Source of the DNA: Pocillopora damicornis
Lineage: Eukaryota
NCBI RefSeq assembly: GCF_003704095.1
Contig: NW_020847100.1
Coordinates: forward strand, 62,001 to 126,000
Direction of reading: 5' to 3'
DNA: 64,000 nt
In this document: positions 24,701 through 38,500 of the stretch, one piece after another
Numbering within the stretch: the first letter of the stretch is position 1
How the letters are laid out: the number at the start of each line of letters is the position of its first letter
Translations under genes and position numbers: made by a program
The notes under the pieces: generated by a model
Seen by the model: the letters and a program-made list of their open reading frames with translations, nothing else
What the model was told of the DNA's origin: nothing
Database searches by the model: none

Positions 24701-26330
24701 CAACAGCTCCCGACAGCTGCTCAAACGCAGCTACAGCAAACAGGCGGGGCAGTGCAACCTCAGCAACCAGTTGCTAATTATCCTGCACTACCAACTATTC
24801 AACAGCTCCCGACAGCTGCTCAAACGCAGCTACCGCAAACAGCGCAATTGCAGCCTCAAGCCCAGCACCCTGGCCTGGTCATTCAGCCACAATTAAATTC
24901 TGCTCTTCAAGCTGGTCAGGTGGGCTCCGTGGTGCAGCCTGGTACCATGCAGCCACAAACACCTGCCGCAGCCGCTCAGCAGATAAACCCAGGTATACGA
25001 ACCAATCAAATACAAACACAGACTCAAATAACTCCTCCGATAAACCAAGAAGTGCAACCTGGACAAGTACAACCTCAAGTTCAACAAACACTTCCTCAAG
25101 TGAACCCTGCAGCACAGACTGCCCAAAATTATCCTCAAGTGCAACAAGTGCAACAGGCAGCCCCCCAAGTGAATCCAGCTATTCAACCGCAGGCCCTTGC
25201 TGTGCAACAACAAGCTCAGCAACCTTACACTCTACCAGGTGTATCTCAGTACCCTAATGAGGCACAAGTTAACACGGGTAAATCTTTATTGTAAATACCA
25301 TATGACTCAGCAAACTATATAGGAATGTAAAATAGTTTTGAATATAAGGTTAAATTTTATTATTTCATAGGCCTTATATGGAGGTAAAAAAGAAAATGTG
25401 ATCTCTAGTGATTACAAATGGAAAACTATTTATATCTGGCTGTGATGGCCCCAAACAAAGAGTCAAAAACGAGTCAAAGGATAAATATTCTCACACTTTT
25501 GCGCAACCTATTTTAATTACTTTGGTTAACTCTAAGGTTAGTTACAAGGACTAAAATAGGACTTCATCAGGAACTACATTGAGATATCTAATATAAGATA
25601 TGATGGATATGCGAGGTATTCGTTAACAATGAAGAGGAAATACTGTGTGCAGCGGGTCTGTTGAGCTATGGTTGAACCTCGGCATTACTAAACTAGGGAT
25701 CCAGAGGCCAGTTTCAAGCCTGTAATTCAATGTTCTACTACAGGTCAGACCCATCAACCATTCTTACAACAGCCTCAGCCCGGAACAGTTCGAGGACCAA
25801 CAGAACGAGAGAAGGGACCTGAGAAGTCAAAGTCTGCCAAAGTAACTCCTGCGGAGGAGACAAGCCAAATGGGAAAAATGGCCAAAAAGAAAGAGAATAA
25901 GAAAAATGTTTCTGCCAAAAAGACTCCTGAAGAGGAGACAGGAAAAGAGGATAAAATGGTCAAAAAGAAAGGGAATAAGAAGCATGATTCTGCCAAAGGG
26001 ACTGCTGCTAACGATAAATTGAAAGTGGATAAAATGGCCGAAATGGAAGATAAGGAGAAAAGTGATTCTGCCAAGGAAACGGCTGTAGAAGAGACAGAGA
26101 AACTTGATAAAATGGCCAAAATGGAAGATAATAAAAAAGATGATTCTACCAAATGGACTGCTACAGAGGAGAGAGGGAATGTGGATAAAATGGCGAACAA
26201 GAACGAAAAAAAAAAGAAAGATGATTCCCAAAAAGAGTTGAACGTTAATCTTGGAGGTGAAGCAAAGAACAAAAACCACAAGAAGACAAGGGAATATGAA
26301 GATAGAGCTCAAGTAAAGGAGAGCATCTAA
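21752..26330 (+). CDS. Secreted ShK-array protein A: SP-(ShK-ShK[4Cys])x2, Gln/Pro-rich region, Lys/Glu 26-aa repeats; about 618 aa
   Basis: Exons 21752-21878 (MLLLLKFACVLSVVILYMPLLFVCKS), 22600-22719, 23216-23326 (GC donor), 23768-23887, 24486-25277, 25744-26330. All introns are phase 1 and the total of 1857 nt is in frame. Probable UTR exon ends at 21134 (aag|gtaag). Confidence 0.85.
24040..24272 (+). repeat. Interspersed repeat copy (intronic)
   Basis: Shares tcggaaagt..a...ttgacgc...gatttcgt, ctgctcggag.tgaa and acctgtgtgt.atatatac with 45690-45960. Confidence 0.6.
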
Positions 26331-29300
26331 TGAGCCACAATGGGAAACCAAAAACGGTATCAACAAGACTGAAGTGAGGCTGACTTACAACACAGGGTAG
26401 AAACTAAGCCAGGGAACCGATGAAGCCGAAATAAAGGATAGTCAAAGTTTCTTGTTAGAAAACATTCGATTCATGTTTACAATTTTGTCCAGCCGGCTGG
26501 AGATGACAAACATATTACAGTCCTATGAAAACTTATTTGACTAATGGAGCATGTTTAGTTTTTTTAGAAATTTTATTCCGTATTTGTAGGTGTGTTGAAG
26601 GAAGACCATGAATAAAACTTGAAAACGGAATAGTTCAAACGTTTAAGAATCGATGTTGCATATTGAAATAACCGGTTGTTCCAAAAGCCAATGGTTTTTC
26701 CTTGCTCGAAAAGGTGTCTTCCAGAAATTCCACTAAGAAGGAGTGGGCCAGATTTGAAGGGAAAGATTTACAAAAGCATGCAGTATATTGATAAAAAAGA
26801 CAACTTTTCCAGGACACTAACCCTTCCTAGATCTCCCAACCGCATTCAAAATTCAGCCTGAAAAGTGTTTAGGTCGTCGAAGCCTGAATTTTCTGCAATG
26901 GCTTAAATTGTAGTTCAGCTGCGAGGGTCATTTCTGCGCTTGTACGGAAACTGCTGAGAACATATCAGCGTAAGAGGAGGGAAACTGAAAGGCCTTTTAC
27001 TTCAGATTAGAAGGAATTGCCCAGGATTGTACCTGTTTATCAAACTTGACACAAACATTTCTTGTAGCTGTAAATTCTTCCTTTCTTTGTAAAACGATCT
27101 GCCATGTACTTTTTTTTAATAATAACTTTTTGTCATTGCAGTTATTTGGTAACACAGAATGCTGTTTATTTTAAAGGGCATTCATTTAAATGAAAATCTT
27201 CCAGTCGAGGCTCGGTCAGTTCAGGTAAATAAATAGCGTGTAACGTATCTAACGATCACATAGCACAGAATCAGCCACGTTGGAGAACATGGTGCATCTT
27301 ATGACATCTGAAACAGAGAGAGGGTTGATCCTGAGTTGTTTTCTGTGTCCCAGTAATCCTATATCACGTGGTCGTAGAAGGTTTCTTTCGAATAAATATA
27401 GCTCTCCTGACCCCGGTTTGTTTGAGGTCTCTTCAATATTGGGTTCCAACCGTGAAATAGCGTTTTGAGTCGATGAATGAAAAGGAGGAAAACATTTGGA
27501 TACTTTTGACTTCGAAATGGGCGGTTTTATGGTTCTCAATTCATTGACCCGTGAAAAAAAACAACTAATCGTCACCACGCAATAGTAAATTTCTCAATTT
27601 TACGACAGTCTCAAAGTGCTTGTTTGCTAAAATTTCCAAAACCTCTTACAAGCTACGACTTTTTGTAGATCAGTCAAAAAGTTCATCTCACAAAGAAGAG
27701 ATCGAAGAAAAACTATGGAAACAGGGACATTTAATGATAACATTGTAGTTTGACCGAAATTCCGTCATTGTTGGATCTACTTGACATTTCAATTCCTTCT
27801 CATTATTTCCATGATATGAAGGTGGCGTCAGCAAATACCTTAAGGTCTAGGTAAGACATAAAAACGATGACCAATTTCGGCAAGAGGGATATATCTTCAA
27901 GCTCCATTTCTCACAATGAACAGAGTCATAGCCTAAAGAATTAAACAAGTATTCCTCGGTTCTGAATAACTTGAAAAGGTAAATAACTTGTCTGCTTGGT
28001 CGTCCAAACAAGCCAGAGCTTAAACGCAGTGAACTTTGACGAAAATTACTGATCCTTTAGGAATTTGCTTGTGGCCTTTTGTTCTCGTTTAATTATTTAC
28101 TGGTCATATGTCCAAACGGGTTGTTGCATCCTTCGTTCAGTGAGATTGCCTTGGCAGTATTTTGACTGCAACAAGTTTGTTTTGTCCGCAGCCACGCGCA
28201 AAAAATCAGGTAGGTCATCTATCGCTCACTGAATCTTTCGCTTTGTATGCTTTTAAATAAGCATGCTTGGGTCGGTTGTTTTAGGCACTCTAAGGTTTTT
28301 ACGTCAAGGGCAAAAAACCCTCCGAGTACACCATGCAAATCTACTTCGTTAAATTTGCCTAGCAGTAGTGAGCCATCAGTGCTCAGGGATAAAGTTCAAG
28401 GAGTTGTCGACTTCAAAATGAAGCTTTCGATTGTTTCGTTTTCTCTCCTTTTTAATTTTAATACTTATTCTGGCCTTCGAAATAATTTTTAGGTTATAAT
28501 AAGTTGAAAGAAAATAGAACGCCCTGGCATTCCATCTAATAATGCTTTAAAGCGAATTTCGCACTCAGCTGGCAACATGGATTATTGCTTTGACTAGCAG
28601 ATGCGAAAAAAATGCTTCGGTTGATATCAGTCAAACTACTTTAATGTGATGGTCTGATGAACTGTTTGAGAGACTTAAACTGATTAAAATCTCTCTCAAA
28701 ATGTTGCCCAGAAACCAGCTTATAAGGTTCTGACTTTGAATTTGATGTAACTTACATGAATGACTATTTACGCTTTTTTTTCAACCTTGTTTAACAAGTT
28801 TGTACAACTTTTCCTGTTGGCCTGCGTTTATGAAATAATATGGACTCAAAGCGCTCCGTACCTGTTCGGAAAATGACTGATTATTTCAACCATCTTCATA
28901 AGGTCACGCTAAACCCATAAGTGTATTATGACACTGATAGTCAAAATTAAGTTTGTTTCGCATTGAAATCATGCAAGTTTGGGGTCTAAAATTCCCAAAT
29001 TCAAGCAACGTCAATGCTGAAAACAGGACAAATTTGTGCTTGACTGGTAGAAATGATACGAGCAATTGACCGCCTTACATGCTTTGCTGGTGGCCGGAGT
29101 ATTTCAAACATTGTTACTTCCATTTACGATGGAAGTAACTTTCTATTAGAAACAAAATAACAGAGAAAAAACATTGGGGGACATGTTTTCTGTTGAACAT
29201 CCCGGTGTCTCTTGGCTATTGACGGCTGATGCGATCGTGTTATGTGATTTTCTGAGTAAAAGAATTTCTGTACAGGACTTTAATCACAGACTGACGGTTC

Positions 29301-30639
29301 GAAGACTCGAGCATAAGTTGTTGCAAGAGTCAAGTGTAAAGTTTGAGAAAGTGAAATGTTGAATGTCCAGTTCGCACAACTTGGCGCTTATTTGAAACTC
29401 TCAGTTACTGAGTTTCACCTAAAATAAAAGAAATATAAAGTAAAGAAGAGCAAGCAAAGTCATCTTCTGAAAAAATATTGGAACTGTCACAGAAAATTTG
29501 GTTTTGAGTAATTACCCCCCAGAAGGTCGATGACGTTTGCATAAGATCATTGATCTACTGAAGGGTCCAAAGTGACACCTAAAATTCACAACAAGCAAAA
29601 GGCCTTTAGAACAAAAAGCTGTGGGTGTATTCAAGGTGAGATGATATCTTTAATACGAAGAATATACACGATATCACGGATGGTACCGTTACTTTGTTCT
29701 CTTGCAATCATTTCTCGGCCATTTCGACAAAATTAAGTGAATGACATAACCTTCCTAAGATGCTATATAGGAGTCAATTGCTTGCTTTGATTCTATTAAG
29801 TCCAAATTAGGAAACTCTGACCTCATTATAGTAATAATCATGTGAAACTTAAAAGAAAAAGTAAATGTTCCGGAGATCTATTACTCTTTCAAATGTTCAA
29901 TTGTGAACATAAAAGTGTTTCAAATTCAAATTGTGGCACTACCTGTCAAACCTAATAGACGGTGGCGGATTGGATTCATGTACTAGATTTTCAAAAACAT
30001 TCAAAATTTCAAATTATTTTGAAATGCTTTGGTCCAAAGAGGGGTTACAGAGAATAAAAAGGAATTCCATCCCGTAGAAATTATATGATGATCCAAGTTC
30101 ATTTTGTCTGGTTCCGAATCAATTTCATGATTAAAATGGTGCACTTCTGAAAATCAAGCAAGATTCTAAATGTGCGTTGTTTCCTCTTAAAAAAAAAAAC
30201 TAAACTAAATTTCCACAAGCAAGTTTGTTTTGTGTCGTATGTTTTTTATAGAAAATTGCTTGTTGTATCCACAAACAAAAAAAAAACCTGCCAGCAACTG
30301 TAAATTCTCAAAGCTAAGTAACTGTACAAGACTGCTCTGAAATTTCCACGGGAAAGTGTCCTCAGTAAGTCATCTGTACTCGCTAGTTTCGCCGACGCCA
30401 GGATTGTTCACGACAACTCTCCTTTTGCAAAAACTGTATGTTAATAATTTAAATCGCCAAAGATAAATTTTCTGCTGATTATCGCAAATGCTTGGAGTTT
30501 TCACTCTTCTTGTCCAAGTGGAGTCTAGAGTTTGGAGGAGTTATTAGCTTGCAATTGTTAAATTAACTAACTTACTAACTAAACTGACTAAATACTTCAT
30601 AAGCAACTGCTGTTCTTTCTTTATAGAAGGCAAGTGGCA

Positions 30640-33221
30640 ATGAAATCAACGGTGGTTTTTGTTTTGTTGACGATATTCGGCTCCTTGTGTCAAGGAAAGC
30701 CTGTTGAAAAAAAGAAGGCTGCGAAATTGAAGGATAAGCCACAAAAAGGTATGAAAATACCAAGTCCTGAAACGTGATTGTTGTGTAAGGCTGACCTAAT
30801 TTTGTGCTACATCAAGATGACACGCTTTGGTTGTTAAGTCTGTATTTGAGGTTGCTTGACGCGTACATGCAAGAGTTTGCAGTAGGGTATGGTTATGAGA
30901 AGTTCAAGTCTTTGATTTGTTTTGGTTTCTTTTTGCTTTTGTTCTTCAGACAGCGTGTGTTTTGACAAGGATGTGAGATTCTGCAAAAAATGGGCGCCCC
31001 TGGGTTACTGTGCGAAAAGCCATTCTGTCATGTCAGGGAAATGCAAGTTAGCCTGCAAAATGTGTTCTCCAGGTACGAAGAAGCAAATAAAAATTGGTTT
31101 GTTCTTGCAGTACACTCATTCGTCCATTTATTTCCTCATTCATAGATTGCCTTAAACTGCTTGGGCGCTTTTCAGTATAATTAATGTAGTTATCAATCTT
31201 GGTGATTAAGCGTACTATCATAATCGGTCGTAGGTTCAATAATTCTTTATTATCCATCTACATCAGTAATCTTTTAAATGCGTTTAATATGCTCAGCTCA
31301 CTCGTGTATACATTGTTTGCGATATCGAAAAAAGCAAATATTTTCCGAAACTAAAGCATGTAACAAACGATCGAAGAACACGGAAAGGGATCAGAATTAT
31401 TTCTCAAATTTTTTCTCAGCCTCGAGGTCTGACTAATCATTTTTTTCTTAGTCTTTCACTGCTACGTTCATGAAGTAATCCTTGGACATTTTACATATTG
31501 TAGGGGAAATGCTAATGGATGACGACAGCAGATGCAGCAACTGGAAGAGTTCTGATTTTTGCGCCAAAGCAAATCATCAGCCTTATATGTTTAAACACTG
31601 CAAGTTTAGTTGCAAAGGGTTTGTTGCTTTACCATCCGTCCCTGAGAAGAAACTTGGTGACACCTTTGGAATGGGTGGACGATACGGACAACAGCCAATG
31701 GCTGGAAGGTTTGGTCAACAGCCGTATGGAAGACCACCATATGGTGCACAACCAAACATGCAACAACAATATGGTCAGTATGGGCAGCAACCCTACGGAC
31801 AACAGCCTTATGGTCAGCAACCCTACGCTCAACAGCCTTATGGGCAGCAACCCTACGCTCAACAGCCCTATGGGCAGCAACCTTACGGACAACAACCCCA
31901 ATATGGACAACCATCATTTGGTCAGCAGCCATCGTATGGCCAACAAGGAATGATGCAACAGCCTTGTGGTCAACCTCAAATGACTACGGATCCTTGTGCT
32001 CCTCCTTGTCCACCTCAGCCACCTTGCGGTCAGCCACCGTGCCCACCACCACAACCACAACCCCCATGTGGAGGTCCACAGGCGCCTCTGCCTCCCCAGC
32101 CACCAGCTCTTCCACCACCACCACCAACGGAAGAAAAAGAGGGAAAAGAGGAGGAAAAAGAAGAAAAGGGAGAGAAAGAAGGATCGCTGAAGCGGCCACC
32201 TGCCGTTGACGCCCGCCGTCCTCCACCTAGGCAGCCATACCGACCTTACCAGCCTTATGGAGCTCAAACTCCTTACGGCCGCCCACCATATGGACAGCAG
32301 CCACCCTATGGACAGCAACCACCCTATGGACAGCAACCGCCCTATGGACAGTCGGCATATGGACAGGCTGGCTACCAACAACCCTACAATCCATACGGTT
32401 CAGATCCCTATGCCCAGCAACCATCTCCTTACCAGCAACCTTCTTACCAGCAACAACAATATTATGGACAAAATAGGCAACCTCAAGCGCCAGTCCAGCA
32501 AGTTCCTCAGCCAGCACAACCTGCACCTGTTGCTCAGCCTGTCGCACCTGCTGCTCAGCCCGCAGCACCTGTTGCTCAGCCTGCCGCCCCTGCTGCTCAG
32601 CCTGCCGCTCCTGTTGCTCAGCCCGCTGCACCCGGTAGGTTAAAGTGTCTTTGCCCTGCCACACAATCACGTCCCTTCAACCTTCCACCTGCGTCTATAT
32701 GTCTGATCATCTGTTTCCCCGCTCCTTGTACCATTTTTCTATCTTCGTTTACCCCTTCCCTCTTTTGCACCTTTCCTACGTCCATAGAGCTAACCAACCA
32801 AACTCTCCAACTTCCTATACCCTTTCTGCCTTCCTTAGAAGCACCCAGCCTTCCTTCCTTCATTTAGACTCTAAAGGACTCAAATTCTGATACTATTCTA
32901 AAGTTCCTTGTTTATCATCGAAGGGTTTTCAGTCATATTCTTGCATGCAGTTTCATTTAAGATAGCTTTAAAGTACCTTACACTCATCAACATCTCTCTT
33001 TCTAAAACTCCTTAGTCGGTCCGGCGGCTGGACCCGCTGGTCCCGCGGCCCCTGAACCACAATCTGATTTCGCGCAACCGGGAGGTCAAACGTATGTCAT
33101 TCAACATCCTTGGCCAGGAACAGAAGGTCCACTCACTATCAAGAAGGAAGGTGTAGAGCAAAAGAAAGTAGAGCCGAAAAAAGATCTAAAGCTGGCTGCT
33201 GATGAAGTAGTAGTGGCATAA
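30640..33221 (+). CDS. Secreted ShK-array protein B: SP-ShK-ShK[4Cys], YGQQP repeats, Cys/Pro block, Glu/Lys block, YGQQPP, AQPAAP repeats; about 522 aa
   Basis: Exons 30640-30748 ([21 protein letters not shown] signal peptide), 30950-31072, 31504-32634, 33016-33221 (TAA). GT-AG phase-1 introns; 1569 nt in frame. Confidence 0.88.
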
Positions 33222-35572
33222 GTTTTTAGACTTTTTAAGGTAAATAGTCCGCTTTATCGCGAACCTCGAGTTTTCCGCCGCAATTTTTTAATATGTGAAA
33301 TGCGGTCGTATTCAAATGCATTTGGTCTTTATTAAAATTACCTTTTCGTTTATAAGACCTTATAACCTTGAGGGAAGCTTTATAAAGGAATTCATGATTT
33401 TCATTTGAAATTACCTAATATTTAGACTCGAAAGATGGATTTTGATCTCTTTAGAGAGTTATTTTTATCAAATATGCCTCGTAAGTGTTATCTATTGCAG
33501 TCCTCGAATAAGTGTCTGGAGTTATCTGGAATTCTTTGGTTTTGCTTCATTTTTCACTTTGGTGAACTCCTTCTGCATTTTGAACTTATCAAAAAGACAA
33601 CTTAAAAACTTGGAAACTTGCCTTTTTTTTTTGCGTCCGTGGTAAGACATTCTCCTGTATTCATTAAGTGTGTGAAGCTTAGCTTTTTAGATCGATCGCT
33701 TCAAATTATTTTTAGACACGTTTTCATGAGACTCAGTTGAAGTATTTTTGTTTATTTTCAGGCGAAACACCAACGAATGACTCAGTTATGAGTTGCTAAT
33801 CGTTTATGACGCTGTACGCAAAAGTGTTGCGACTTCTCTTTGCATCTGATGAAGAAAGAGCTCGATTATGGCATGCGTATTAAGTTATTACACTTGAATA
33901 CACAGGAGCCTCAATGAATGATCGGCTGCATCATGCTATATTCCTATCAGTCATTTTTATTTCTCCTAAATGGCAAGACGAATGGTCTTTTGATTCAAAG
34001 ACTACTTTTATCTTTTAAAAAATAAATCACCAAGACTGAAGAATTTTTTTTATTTTTGTTATGTGCGTTCAACAACCAACAAAACTGGAGTTCAGTGACA
34101 TTCTTGCACATTTAGTTAAATCTTATGTTTCCACTGTCTCGCTCAAAAAAATTCACCAGACGTATTTGTCAATTCAGACGTTGGCTTTTTTTGTTTTTAA
34201 ACTCGCAAAATAGAATCTAAGCATAAATTAAAATAAAGTTAATTTCTTCCTTGAGTTCTTCATTGATTAATGCATCGGAATCTAAATTCTCCACATCGGC
34301 TTGAAGTACGCTTTCCTTTTCCACCCACTCTGCGTCGCTCACCAGGGCTTTAAGCCATTGTTACGTTACACGATAGCGGATATGGCACTGAATTCCCCCA
34401 TCCTTCAACTCCAAACCTGGGTTATTCGGTGAACTAATTTGCATTGATGGTACTCATTCGTACTCATGATNNNNNNNNNNGTGTTGATCAAGAACAACGC
34501 AATATGTCGTCTAGGGCTCAAGTCCAGACCCCATCGATCAAGAGTCAAAAGACAGCTGCACGTCTCCGTCATCAGTATGAATTTCCTTGGGAAAGGGAAA
34601 GACTTTGATATTTATTATGTGACTGAATTATGCTTTGGAGGAATATCCGAATAAGTTGAACCACCAGTTTTTTCCAACGAGGTACCTGTCGACATGGAAA
34701 AAAAACGATCGCAAAGATTTTCTTCATTCAGTTGAAGATGTTGAAACTTTTAACCGTGGTAATCGTTTTCTGGTAAGAGTCCTATACTTTATATTACTCA
34801 GGTTTTAAATCAAAGTGTCGAGGGAACAAGACAGGATAATGGCCTTAATTCAGCTCTTTTCTTATGTTTCGTCTTTCACGATAAACGATTTGAAAACATG
34901 GCGTGTTCTTAGTTGCTGGCTTTCATAGAATCTAAACATTTTCTTTAAAAAATGAATATAAACAAGAAAGAAAAATAATTTGTCATGAATAGCAGGAGTT
35001 CTTAAAACCCAGAAAAACACAGCCTAGATTTTGGAATAAATATAAAGTAAAATTGGCTTACTGTGTTTTTATAATAAGAAACTTAGAGAGGTTTTCAACT
35101 CATTGCTTGTAAGAGGCTAGCACTTCACCACGGTTCCACCAAACAAATGTTTACGAGGATTCTATTTCAAAACGATAAATTCTTTCACACTGCAGTTTTG
35201 TGATAGGTAGCACCTGTCAAATCTATCCACGCAAGGCTGACCGCTTTCATTGATTCGTTCAATTCGACGTGGATTTGTGTTCTACAAATTATGAAGTAAA
35301 AACTAGCTATAGACGGTAAGTTTTCTCTTTCTAAATAAACTAACGGGCTTCCAGCGACAGAAAGTTTCTCCTAATACGTGTTTTTCTTAAATTTATTAGG
35401 AACAATTTTCAAATTTTATTTCATGACTGATAAAAAAATTGTATATATATAAAATTGATCGATGAGAATTCAATTTACATAGACTCAACTATGGAAATAA
35501 AATAGAACGTAAGCTTTTTTCTATACAAACCTTTTTATTTAATTCTTCAGATACCACGAAACTTATGACGGG

Positions 35573-38500
35573 ATGGTTGAATGCGGACAAAAGACTCAAA
35601 ATGCTGTCTTCTCTATCATTTTATATGTCATTGTCTCAGGTACAGTGTAAGCAACAGTCTTGTGGTAGACCCACTTGTAAATAAACTAATGTGTTCCGGC
35701 GAGGAGATTAACCAACTGCTTATTCAAATTACAAACTGCCTTCTTTCTTACCTTTTCACTGCTGAGAACAGAATGTTATGGCAGATTACAATTTTGTCTC
35801 TTTTTAATTTTTCAGTTATTAATCAGCAAGATTGTCTCAGCTACGCAATCTCAACAATTTAAAACTATACGGTTTATTTAATGAGGTACTGAATTGATGG
35901 GAAAACACTCACATGGATGTTGTAACATTTGGACGTGCATCAAATAGAAGACTAGTTTCCCAAGCAGTTTCATTTACATTAGCGTTAGTACATTGCGTGT
36001 TATATTCAAAGCTAGCATATTTCGTGTTTGTTTGGTTGTTTCAGTATTTTATCTTTGTACGAAAGAAGCCGTGCAAGGTGCCCCGATAGCATTAGATGTC
36101 TCTCAAGGTAAGACATATTCAAAACCCAGTAATTTAGCTTAATTGCGTCATAAGGCTCTCGTCGTTAACTACACTCACAACCTTTCTTCGTGAATGGATG
36201 CTCATCTTTGAATTTCTCAGTATCTGTGGGTTTGATCGAAAGCAGACTCTGATGATCATTTGGGAGTTCTATCATTAACGTTGTTGTTGCTTTTGTTTTT
36301 TTGTTTTGTTTTGCTTTTTAACAATGGCCTATCTCGAACTCTCTAACTGTACTGTTTTCTACGATTAAAAAATACGCTCTATCACATAATTGTATCAGAA
36401 AAGGGGAAAGATAGATGACAATATCGTGTTGCTAAGTAAATGCGACCTAAAGACACTTTCTATTCATTGTACTCTTGATGAATGATTGACATTTTTACTA
36501 AATCAATCATATATATATATGCATCGTTATATATGCATCGTTACATGGGGTAGTCACGTCAAAACTTCTTTTCCATTTTATTGACCCTGTAGTTCGTATC
36601 AATCCACTGGAGTGTTATGATAGGGTCAAATCGTGCTCAAAAGAAGCTAAAAATGGATTCTGCGCGTCCAACTATCATTACATGATTGACAGATGTCCAT
36701 GGAGCTGCCGGTTCTGCAGAAAAGCTGGAGGTAATAAATCGATCATATTATTAAACGATAAGGCACTAGATTTTTTAAGTGACCAGCACTGGACCGGACA
36801 TGATACATTTTATAAGATATTCTTCCCTTGCGATGCTGACGTCAACGTAGTAGACAGAGAAGGAGCGTAATTTCAGGAGGCGATGTGGCTGAGTGATTTT
36901 TGTGCGCTGTTTCACTTGGAAAGTGGCAACAGTCAAACGTTTTTTACATCTACCTTCTCAATTAGATCTTTATCTCGGTGCCCCTATTCAACTCTTGAAT
37001 CGAGATCAAATATTTTTTTCTTCTACCTGCTCAAATAGATCTGCTTCTCGGTTGCACCCTTGTCAATTCTTCTGCAGCGGCCGTGTAAAGAAAACCAGTT
37101 GAACGTCATATCCAACTGGTTTACTGGGATTTACAACAATTTAGGTTTCGTTTGCTCCAATTGGATTTGTTTCTCCTTAGTCCCCGCTAAATTCCTCGGC
37201 TACATATTTCAAAGGCCAACTGGCTTCCTTCCTTCCACTGAATTAAAAATTAGAGGAATGATACGTTTGATTTAAGTGGGGTGCGTATGAACAACCTGGA
37301 CTTATGTAGCTATGTACACCTCTGCGGCGAGATGAAATATAAACTATTTAAAAAAAAGGGGAGTAAAAATTACCAAGTCTACGCTTTCTAACCATGTAAG
37401 GGCCAAACGGTTAAATTTTTGAGGGGTTAATCCCTGTATGGAAGGGCGACTCAAGCTGGAAAACCTTTCTATCGTCTCCTTGGATGATGCATATGATTGG
37501 TTGTTTAATCGTCAATGATTCGGCAATATTCTTGAACGTGTTAATAACTTGGAAGATTTGCTGAATTCATGTTAGGAGATACTGACAAATGTGAAGATAT
37601 CGATCAGCACTGTCCAGAATGGGTGTCAAACAATGAATGCGCGACGCGACCAGACTACATGGCTCAGAACTGCAAAAAGAGCTGCGAGATGTGTGGTCCA
37701 GGTGAGTTGCTTTTGACAATCCAAAGGTGTTTCTTTAATATCGTGATCCTAGCGGGCTCCTTGCAAAATGATAATAAATCGGTGAATAATTTTTTTTCGC
37801 AAAGAAAATCATAGAACATTCTTTTCAGAATAGCAATAAGAACCATGTTTTCTATCTGCTAAAAAACTATAAAACTGGCGTCTGGGAACGCTTTCCAGGA
37901 GTATGACTGATTGTACTGTATTTCATTCATAACAAGAAGAAGGTTTCTTCATTTAATATGTTCAAACTGTTTGTATTTTGGGGAATACGGATTAGGAGTG
38001 TAGCACCAAGAAACATTCTTCGCCCTATGAAGTATTGGATGGCTTTCTAGATCTCTTACGCTTGGATATGGAATGTTAGGCCATTAGTATGTATTAATGT
38101 TTGCGAAGGTTGTCCGCTAGTTTGCATTTCTATTGATGAAGGAATATGATTTAAGCAACTTTCTCAGAAGAATTAAAAACGGAACTACAGCCAAATCTAA
38201 GCCTTACCCTGATTCGTTCGTGGTCTATAGCATAATTTATCTTATCCCTAGTAGTTTTTGCGATTTCAAATTAAACGGCTCAATCGTTTTTAATTCTTGT
38301 TTCTATAGAAAGCGAGTACAAAGTGAGTGACTCGGAACCCAGTTGTCCAATCTGGGCCAAAGCTGGTTGGTGCCAGAAAAATTCAGACCTGCTTAAAAAA
38401 TGTCCGCACAGTTGTCAAAAGTTCGGTTATATGGGTGCAAATTCCATGGAAGAACGCTACATAACAGTCAACTTTCAGAATACTTCACAAGTAACAGCCA

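Noticed and set aside
25775-26366. Long antisense or alternative-frame ORFs over the repetitive exons (also 31519-32863 and 47535-49158)
   Set aside because: Shadows of low-complexity coding sequence; the spliced plus-strand frame explains them.
27249-28500. ORF 27249-27578 and a VFADAT string suggestive of a reverse-transcriptase motif
   Set aside because: Frames close quickly and no other RT motifs are visible.
34738-34772. Alternative hydrophobic first exon for gene C (MLKLLTVVIVF)
   Set aside because: Its phase-2 donor does not lead into the ShK frame through exon 36045; it may be a UTR exon or use an exon I did not find.
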